NCBI GenBank assembly: GCA_036172245.1
Contig: JAYWIR010000034.1
Location: forward strand, 1 to 64,000
Origin: Raillietiella orientalis
Taxonomy: Eukaryota
DNA: 64,000 nt
Reading direction: 5' to 3'
Of this stretch, positions 55,200-64,000 are shown one piece after another. The stretch's first letter is position 1. Each line of letters begins with the position of its first letter. Made by a program: the position numbers and the translations under genes. Below the pieces are notes generated by a model, which saw nothing but the letters and a program-made list of their open reading frames with translations, did not search any database and was not told where the DNA came from.

Positions 55200-56000
55200 T
55201 TGCAACCAGCAGAAAAAATCTTGCAAAATGCATCTGTCAAATTTCTTTATTGAGAAGAAGTAACTTGAAGGGGAAGAAGGATGAAAGTCCTCTTTTGATT
55301 CAATAGCTTGTGGAACGAAGTGAAGTGACTTGTTCAGGGAGCTGCTAGGGTACAAGTTTTTCATATCAGCTTTTGTATCCATGAATTTGATACGAGGGTT
55401 AAATACTTTGCGCCTATGTGGTAGACAACAGGATTTGCTATAATTGTTGGTTTAAGACACATAAACTGTATCACTCTTCGGCAGTACTTGGCGTATACAG
55501 TGGTCATCATGCGTTTGAAGGCCTGGAACCTTACAGCTGGCGTAACCTTAACTTGGCATCTTGGCTGAAAGACCAGTCGGCATGTGGGATGACTCTTGTT
55601 TCGAACCATTCCTGCTTAGGTCAAAATGTAGCATGTTGAGACATAATGTCCCATTTGGTGAGCTTTTAAAGTTTGACTTTTTTGATGTCTTATTCAGAGA
55701 AATACATTTGTGCCACCTTCGAAGAATATCCTGCACCTTTCGTTTCCTTAGTTGCCGTGCCCTCACTCTCTGAAGTTCCAAAGATGCGTCAAGCGCATCG
55801 CATAGCTTAGCTACATAAGCTCTAATGCTATTGGTAAACACGATGAGAAAGGGAAAGCTTACAAAAAAAATTAATAGTTCTATTTGCAGACGGGAAACGA
55901 GACGTCTTTTCCCTCGTGGAGGTATTGCAAATACCTCCACCAGGAGGTTTTGCTGTTCGCCAGCCCTCCCGAAAGAGGAGGAAGTTGCAAACCCATGTTG
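55200..56000 (-). repeat. Internally deleted copy of the virus-like locus at 58420-60974
   Basis: 55225-55269 matches 58447-58491, 55377-55437 matches 60415-60481, and 55770-56000 matches 59471-59770. Confidence 0.85.
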
Positions 56001-56197
56001 GCACTAGTAGTCAGATCGGGCTCAATGAATGGGAATAGTTTTCAACTAGCAATAATCGCGCCTCGGTCTCCCTCCTCGGCTACGATGGTGAGTCCTGTAT
56101 GAGCAGAGTTGGCAAAGAGTCTGTTAACTATCACAGTCTGAGTGGTAATGGAGCAGGTGTTTTCAGATTCAGGCAAGGTGACATCACTTCCTGTAGT

Positions 56198-58191
56198 TTG
56201 TCACCCGGGTGCGCCGGAGCGTTTATTACTAAACTATCTGGGAACAGAGTTCCCGGACAAAGGACACAGAAGAAACGAAAGGGGGGATCCCCAACACGCA
56301 GGTCGGTACACTGAAAGTCCGGAACGCGAGGGAGGGGGCCACAAATACACATATAAAAAATAGAAATAAAGATATGGGGAGGGGACAGGGGTCTTTGGTT
56401 TGGGCCGTTCCTTTCCTTCAGAACCGGCTATGGATGCCGGTGATCTCGCTCCTAACGTTTTCTGTAAGATGGGCCCACTCGGCAACCGACGCCATGTTCT
56501 CGTCGGCTATTCCGGTGGCCTGTCGACGAAAACATGACAGGGTTGGTTGTTTCTCACCCGGGTGCACCGGTGCATTTATTCCTAAACTATCCAGGAACAG
56601 AGTTCCCGGACAGAGGACACAGAAGAAACGAAGGGGAAGATCCCCAACACGCAGGTCGGTAAGCCGAAAGTACGGAACGCGAGGGAGGGGACCACAAATA
56701 CACATATAAAAAATAGAAATAAAGATATGGGGAGGGGACAGGGGTCTTTGGTTTGGGCCGTTCCTTTCCTTCAGAACCGGCTATGGATGCCGGTGATCTC
56801 GCTCCTAACGTCCTCTGGAAGATGGGCCCACTCGGCAACCGACGCCATGTTCTCGCCGGCTATTCCGGTGGCCTGTCGACGAATCGCCTGCTTCTCCAGC
56901 TCTCGGTAGTCCTTCTCGATGGCGCCGGTGCAACAGACCGTTGCGATGACAGCACCTAAGGACAGGCCGCCTGGCGTGAAGAAGCGGCACATCAAGTCTC
57001 TTGCGGTGTTCCCCTGGTGCAGGAGATCTGAAGCCAGCCTCCACCACAGTCCTTGGAGGGCACCGCAGTCCAAGAGCAGGTGCGGGGGCGTTTCCACGTC
57101 TCCACACCGTTTACAGTTCGGGGAGACAACTCCCGGAAACACGGTTCGTCCGCTGGTTGGAGTGAAAACCCCAATGCACCAGCATGATGACGTCCTGCTT
57201 CCAAGTTAAAGGAACACGGAAGTGTCCACGCACGAGGAGGGACCCCAAGTTCTTCGGGTGGCACACTTAAATGTTCGCTCCACCGAAGGAATCCCTTCGG
57301 GATGTGGCGAGGCGTGGCGGCGTCTGCCAGCTCGCAAGCCCTCCAGCCGCCTATGGTTCGGGCTGCTCCTGCGATGGTGCAGGCGACCTCCCACCTCGCC
57401 GGTAGGCAGCTGTCATCACTTGCCCTGAGGACTGACAGCGCGTCGGCGAGGGGCTTGACGGCCAGGCGAGTCCACTTCTCCTGGCTGTTCCAGACCTCAT
57501 CTACCGTGCTGCACGGAGAGAGGTTGGCGCAACGGAGTTCCAAGAGGGAAACATCCTGTTGCTTTGCCCAGGCATGCAACAGTTCCTGCCGCCAGGAGTC
57601 AAAGTTCGTTGGGCGGCAGGAGATCCATGCGTGGGCTACCAGGAGCCGGTATAGCGGTTTCATGGGGAAACCGAAGCTTCTCGTGGCGCGCTCCGTATGC
57701 GGCTGGAACGACAGAAGGCCATCGCTGCCGGTGCAGCGCAGCAGGGGCAGAAGCGCGGAAGCACACCACGGAGTGGACCAAAGGTTGGCGTACAAGGCCA
57801 ACATTCGAAGCTGCACCTGCAGCTCGATTCTCTCTAGCGTCAGGATGCCCAAACCGTCATCCCGACGCGGAGTTGCCAAGTCTTTGAGGTGGATCCTGGA
57901 CCTCGCAGGTCCCCACAGAGCGTTCCTCAACAGGCTTTGCGCCTGGAGCTTGGCCGAGCAGGGGTGCAGACAAACAAAAAGCAGGGGGGCAACGAAGGTG
58001 TTCCATACGATGGCCCGCTCCGACAGGAGGAACTGCCAAGGTGGAACGGGCTTAAAACACTCGTAGCCTTCCGAAGGCAGTCCGACCACCTTCCACTGGG
58101 CTGATGTTCCCCATCGGAACGCCTAAGTATTTGAAAGACGTAGCGGTCGGGATCCCCAGACGGATCCAGTCGGACTGCCCCTCGAGATGGG
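56198..58191 (-). mobile_element. 5'-truncated L1/Tx1-like non-LTR retrotransposon with a duplicated 3' end
   Basis: FKYLGVPMG (end of RT), LATPRRDDGLGILTL and SPNCKRCGDVETPPHLLLDC (zf-RVT). The 3' region is repeated at 353-bp offset. Perfect 16-bp TSD CATCACTTCCTGTAGT at 56182-56197 and 58192-58207. Confidence 0.92.
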
Positions 58192-58782
58192 CATCACTTC
58201 CTGTAGTGATGCCCATCTCGAGGCCTCCGTCAAGAATGGGGAGATCATAAATGTACTGATCCGACCACGTGGCGTGAAAGTTATTTGATTTACTTGCAAG
58301 CAGATTTGCAACGATTCTCAATCCTATTTCTTATGCTTTGAGTTCCCGTAGGATAAAGAGGTTTCGGTTTCCTTAAATCCAAGAGAGTGGCGCGTCCGTT
58401 GCCGTCAAGCTCGAAGGCACACAAGAACCAACAGAAAAACTCTTGTAAAATGCATCTGTCAAATTTCTTTATTGAGAAGAAGTAACTTGAAAGCCCATTT
58501 TCAGGAAAGTCTCGCTGAAGAAAAGGGCTTGCTTTATAAAAGTAGGAAAAATAATAGAAAAATGAAAATCAAATTAGGTGACTTATACAGTTATGTGTAA
58601 AGCTACTCTTACATCTGACTCTTCATTAACAAACAAAGTATGACAATGGCACCTTTTAGAAAGGATAGTAAGAGGGGAAGAAAGAAATAGAGAAGATGAT
58701 CTAATGAGTGAGTCTCCACTGTATTACGGTCGTCCTTTCTACGCTGCATAATAGTCAGCACAAAGAAGAAAAGCATTGATTA

Positions 58783-59365
58783 TTACCGTAGAAGATCTTG
58801 ATCGTCTACAAAGCCCATGGACTGAAAAAACCTCTTCCTACCATCCTCAACTGTGACTATAGTGTTGAACTCTGCCACATAAAAGGAATATATTGAGTCT
58901 ATTAGGGTGAAAGTTCTATCCTTTCTGTATATAGTGTCATCTATAATGACATGGGCCAGAAAGGTGGTAAAATGTATCATTGGGTATCTACCGGTCACTA
59001 GTCTCGGAAGTAGCTCTGTCATGTTTGGTGATGTCAGAGCATTCACCTTATTATTCTTTGAGACTATGCCAAGGTCATTAAGCCGGATCATTGAGTTGAA
59101 TCCTAATGAGTGGAGTTCGCAAATTTTGGCAGGAAATGTTGCAGGAATATAACGCTACTATCCTAGGTAGCGTTATAGCGTCTCCCTTCTTTACGAACTG
59201 ACGTGTCTATGTATGCGTTCCTCTGAATCATTGACTCTGACCGAGTATTAACGGTCGAGTCCGATATTCTTACGAAGGCACCGCCTGTTGTAAGATCGTC
59301 GATGATGTTTTCAGAACTTCGAGCTCCTTCTGCTGATAATGAAAGGCTTGTTCTAATAGGCTAGC
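58783..59365 (-). pseudogene. Endogenous viral element: bunyavirus-like (Phasmaviridae/Phenuiviridae-type) nucleocapsid remnant
   Basis: EQAFHYQ...GDAITLPRI[13-nt insert]PATFPAKICE...LTSPNMTELLP...FLAHVIIDDTI...FYVAEFNT...GRKRFFQSMGFVD. Order and spacing resemble remembered phlebovirus N motifs EFAYQG, LTLSRVAAA, AAVNS and RREFLKAFGLVD. Intronless; AATAAA lies downstream at about 58467-58472. Confidence 0.55.
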
Positions 59366-60414
59366 GCAAAGAATGCCTTTAGTTGCTGTTAATCTTGGCT
59401 CCGTCTTTGCAACTTTTCTAGCTTGCTCATCGACTAAATCGGTCGCCATCGCTGATGAGCCGTCGAGTCCCTGAAGTTGCAAAGATGCGTCAAGCGCATC
59501 GCATAGCTTAGCTATATAAGCTCTAATGCTATTGGTAATTGCATTATCCCAGTAAATATGATGAGGAAGGGAATGCTTACAAAAAAAATTAATTTTATTA
59601 TTTGCAAGAATTGATCTATTATCAAACGCCGTGCCCGGGTGGTCAACAGACGGGAAACGAGATGTTTTTTTCCCCGTAGAGTTATTTGCAATCCCGCTAC
59701 ATCGCTCAATACTAGGAGGCGTTGCTGCTCGCCAGCCCTCCCGAAAGAGGAGGAAGTTTACACATCCATGCCGCAACCAAAAAATTCAATTTAGGGATTC
59801 CTGCATTAATATCCTCTGTTCAGTCTCATCTTCTAGTGACAAGACGAAAAAAAATTGGGCGATGAACACGGATGATATGATCAGACTCGACAGTATTGCT
59901 AAAGATCTGTCTTCGGGATTTCTCTTGGATCTGCAGCTACGAAATGTTACTGCGGAGTGGACAGGCATTTTACCACAGGACACAAAAGATACCAAAATGC
60001 ACCTTTGCCGGTTTAGCACTTCTTGGGGACTTTTCCCGCTGAATAATCTGGACACCTCCCTCAATTTTGACTCCATTACCTTCAGTTGGGTCCGGCCCTA
60101 GGTCCCATTGCCTGGCGTGACGCAGCATGTCAGCTTTAGGCCCGCCAAGAACTATCTGGGAGTATTAAATCCGCGACCTTCTGTGCTGCTCTAAGCCCAA
60201 CCTCCACACCTCCATGTCCTGAAAATTGCACTGCCAATGCGACCCCAAAGTGTTCTGACCGACATGCCACCCGGGGCGCCATCCCGGCTTTAAATTCATT
60301 AATTCGGTTACACGGGGTAGTACTTAGCAAATATGGTGCTCATTAGCCTTTTAAGGGCTTAAAATCCAACTATGTGTATGAGCCTAGTCTGCCTAGGCAT
60401 AGGTCAGCTTCTAT

Positions 60415-60974
60415 ATCCATGAATTCGATACGAAGGTTTCCTGTTAAATACTTTGCGCTTATGTGGTAGACAACAGGATTTGTCTAATAGATTATAATAA
60501 TTTATTATAATAGATGTAATATTTGTAGTCTAAATCTTTGTCGTGCGAGTTCTGTTGCTAGTCCTAAAGTTCTAACATTTGGGGCAATGGCATCCACTAT
60601 ATCTAGTCAGTATGAAAGTTTTCTAATAAATACTTCCATACTGACTCATGTGGTGGCTATAGTGAATGCCAAGTACAAATAAGTGTATTTATCGTCATGT
60701 CTGTCATTTGACACGTGTCCCAAGTTCACGTTAATGCCTATTATGTTTTGTAGTACAGACCCACTATTGAAGTGGGTCTGTATTTGGACTATATTATCAT
60801 TAGGATTCCTCCACTCTCGTGTAGGATCCATTACAGGAGGGGGGTTATTAGGAGGAGGTCATGCTCTTTGAGATGGCTGCGTCGATAGCTCTGAGGATTG
60901 CGACTATTGGGCGGAGGAAGACGTGAAGCGCAAAGAATGCCTTTAGTTGCTGTTAATCTTGGCTCCGTCTTTGC
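60415..60974 (-). repeat. Third partial copy of the virus-like locus (region upstream of N)
   Basis: 60928-60974 is identical to 59364-59410; 60415-60481 matches 55377-55437 (shared NPVVYHI.AKYLT). Confidence 0.75.
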
Positions 60975-61949
60975 GTAGCCATGCATCCGGTTCGAAAGAC
61001 TAGTCTGCGTGAGGGTATCTGGGAGAGGGTATTACTCTTGTCTCTAGCATTCCTGATATTCCAGTTCCTCGTAAGATATGGCAATTGGATATATAATGTC
61101 CCATTGGATGCGCAATAGAAATTATTTTGTCTTACAGCGTTTGTCTTACAGCGAGAGCTGAAAGACATGGATTATGGATTATACGCTCTGTAAAGAGCGC
61201 CAAGAAATATTTCATTTATGAAATATTTCTTGTGTAGAAGGCTCGTGTTATGTGTGTTGAGGAACCATGCGCAAGAGGTAGTATATTGCATCTTCCAAGA
61301 TGCTCCTTTAAGGCGGCCAGATTGCGGTGCTCAGCAAAGAGTCGAATAACGAGCTGAGGTGGCACCCAATTCACGCACGATGCGGGAGCGAGCCAACGAC
61401 AAACGAGCGACAGGAAGAGCGTGGGAAGCCCCGGGTCTGCTTTGGCGGGACCGAGTGAGCAGAACGGCCGGTTCCTCTCCCGTTCCGTCGACCTGGTAGC
61501 GCGGGCCTGCGCTCCCCGTCTCGAACGCGCCTGCCGACGCCCCTGCTGTTCCAGCGGGAAACTCGAGCGCTGCTCGCAAGCTCGGCGTTCGCCCTACCAG
61601 GCAACGCGTCTTCCGTTCAGCTTCGCGTAGAGGGACGGATGATGCGAAAGGGTGCCGGCCGGCGGGCAGTGGAAAGCAGCCGTAGCACACTAGGCACGAT
61701 GCTCCTTTCCGAGACTGTTCCTTCCATCGAGCCCGCAACCGTTCAGCTTGGCTGGTTGAAAATTTGCGAATCTTCGAAAAGAACGCTCAATCCGGTGATG
61801 TCGAAGAATTCCGAAGTCCATGGGCTCGCACCACCTGAATAGCCGCCACATCGCGAGCACAGGTGCGAAGTGGAAGATCGCAAGCATTTAGAGTGCCAGT
61901 TACAAGAGGAAGCGAGCAGCAAAACCAAACATTTGTGATCTTTCTCATC

Positions 61950-63050
61950 CCGTGTGTTTTGTTTTGTTTTTATCCTTTCTCCCTCCACTTCGGGATCATC
62001 CCTTTCAACTATTCCCAAGATGGAAATAACAAGCGTCTTTGACGACGTGAGGCAGAGTCTGAACACGCACGAAGAGGCGCGTGAAGTCCTTATCCTGATA
62101 CGTTTATCACCCGGATATGCCGGGGCATTTATTATTCTGATTTTTTACAAAATTAGATAATAAAGTCAATATCAATATTGTTTTTCATGGAGGAACACTT
62201 GGTTCTCCCACGCTGGAGGACTTGTCGTGAGCCGGTGCTGAGACCAGCGAGGTCCTCTCTCTAGGCGCATGGGAAGGGGAAACTGAAACAAAAAGAAACA
62301 AAAAGAGAAATAACGGGGAAGGGAATAGTTATATGGGGGAGTGGAGGGCAGGGAGGGGATCACTGGGCGCCTGGATCGGTCCTCTGCATCCTATCCAGGA
62401 TGCTGACAAGTTCTGCTTTGATGCTGGGTGGTAGACGCCACCTTGTCGCCGTCTCCTGAGACGTGGCGCGTGAAAGAAGTCCTTATCCTGAGAACGTGAG
62501 GGACGAGAGGGGAGAAGTAGAGCAAGTGAATCCCCTGAAAAAATGGCTGAGTATAGCAGGGGGATTCCACTATAGGTTTCGCAGAGAGGATGCGGGCACT
62601 ACTGCGGAACCATTCGGCTGCAGAAAGCTTCCGGAAAAAGGCTGTTCGGGGAAGGAGAGGCAGATGAGCCTTCTGCTAACAACCCTCCCTCGTCGCGTCG
62701 TCAAGGAAAGGTGCGCTCTCGTTCCAGGCTTTCTGTGGCGTTGCTTTGCTGCAAAGGAGCGAGAAGGAACGACTGCGAGGGGGCAGAGCGCTAGCGGAGC
62801 GGCGGCGCTCCTCTATCACCACCTCTCGTGTCTCCGTTGAGACAGCGGGCTGCAGAAGATCCTCTAGTCCTTGAAGACCCACATCTACGGCGCTCAGGGT
62901 ACCGTTCGCGGGAAGCTGGTAGCATGAAGATCACCGGAGGAAGAATTCCGAAGTTGGCTCCAGAGGTCTGCTGCGGCGGAGCCTACGTCCGACAACGTCT
63001 CTCAAACACACGCACTGCTCTCCGTGTAAGTGGTTTGTTGCTACGGCCCT
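61950..63050 (-). mobile_element. Old non-LTR ORF2 3' remnant, interrupted by a younger insertion
   Basis: CPHPLC..VESP zinc-finger-like word. The read-through across the TSD gives QDKDFTRLFVRVQTL, paralleling DLMCRFF and DLLRIFF of the other copies. Confidence 0.4.
62099..62475 (-). mobile_element. Short 5'-truncated non-LTR insertion
   Basis: Ends (element sense) AATAAATGCCCCGGCATATCCGGGTGATAAAC. Perfect 16-bp TSD GAAGTCCTTATCCTGA at 62083-62098 and 62476-62491. Confidence 0.8.
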
Positions 63051-63225
63051 GAGTTCTGTGGAGCACAGGAAACTGCACGCGACCGATGAATCTGCTCATA
63101 GCAAAGAAAAATAGAAGCGGATTATAAATACATCATATCTGGTACTGCTTAAGATTTTCTTGTTTTAGTGGTCACTGTGTTGAGATAGAGCGATAGTGCT
63201 TTGTTTATTTACCCAAATTACTCGA

Positions 63226-63285
63226 CAGAGAGGCATCCACCATACATGCCATTAGCTAATGGCATGTATGGTGGATGCCTCTCTG
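63226..63285. repeat. Perfect 60-bp palindrome with no spacer
   Basis: CAGAGAGGCATCCACCATACATGCCATTAG followed directly by its reverse complement. Confidence 0.98.
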
Positions 63286-63299
63286 GAACGGAATGACAA

Positions 63300-64000
63300 A
63301 GACGCACTGCAAGCTGGAAGTCACATAGTGTTCAGAGTGGGAGGTAACTTGGACACAGCCAGATGTTTGACAAGTAACTACTGCAAGTCCATTCGATAGA
63401 ACAGCAGCAGTTTGGGAAGAAATTTTGGGGGAGGAGGGTCATGAAAAAATGTTTGTGAACTCAGCTGACGGTTGAAATAGCTCAGATAAAGTCAAAAATC
63501 GAAAAGGCCAGTCTTGTGGATCCATGAACTTCTGCTACTCATGTTCAGACTATTAAACTGGCAGTAGGCAGCCAGCTTAGGGCAGATGACGTATTGGATG
63601 AAGCAGCTGATTAGTGGTCCTCATTGGACTTGAAATTAGCTTTAAGCTGCATGTCTAGGAATTGGCCTGCTGCTGGACCCCATGCAACTCTTTTGGCTGT
63701 ATTCAGTGATGATACTGGTCAAGGATCCAGGGTCTCTCTTTCTAAGTCCAGTGATCCGGTTGGGGAGTCAGATATCAAAGATTGAGTCATTGGCTTCAGA
63801 AACCCAGTCAGTACATGATTTGGTATTTGCTTTAGATGCTTAGCGTTCCTATCAGTCCCTCGCTATTACACCTAGAAATCTCTGCATTTTTGCTCCGAAG
63901 CCTTTGCAGAGCATTGGAGCTCTGTTTGTTCAAGTCCCATTCCACTTGCAAGTTTACCTCGCATCTCGTTTAGAGGAATGCGTATCACAAGTGTGGGTAG
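63300..64000 (+). mobile_element. Decayed L1-type reverse transcriptase region running off the window
   Basis: SRNWP, then DLVFALDA*RSYQSL...LQSIGALFV...CVSQVWV, matching the spacing of LDAEKAFD.V...L...GFG...S.V.V. Confidence 0.5.

Noticed and set aside
20749..64000. Uni-strand (flamenco-like) orientation bias
   Set aside because: TE fragments occur on both strands; the minus-strand excess is modest.

Overview
Eukaryotic, probably arthropod, heterochromatin-like DNA. Positions 1-20748 are a tandem array of a 278-bp satellite (about 75 monomers) with 4-mer and 12/14-mer higher-order repeats that decay at the right edge. The remaining 43 kb is a mosaic of decayed transposons (L1/Tx1-like non-LTR, piggyBac-like, P/THAP9-like) and apparently foreign DNA: an intronless ankyrin-PRANC pseudogene of Wolbachia type, a fragmented mitochondrial insertion, and a bunyavirus-like nucleocapsid remnant whose locus occurs as three partly deleted copies. 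It also holds one apparently intact 3-exon ML-domain (GM2-activator-like) gene, an unprocessed HDAC11 pseudogene, a 773-bp inverted duplication, relic monomers of a sister 278-bp satellite, and a non-LTR family that ends in a conserved AATAAA plus hairpin instead of poly(A). All protein-family calls come from manual translation and remembered motifs; no searches were run.
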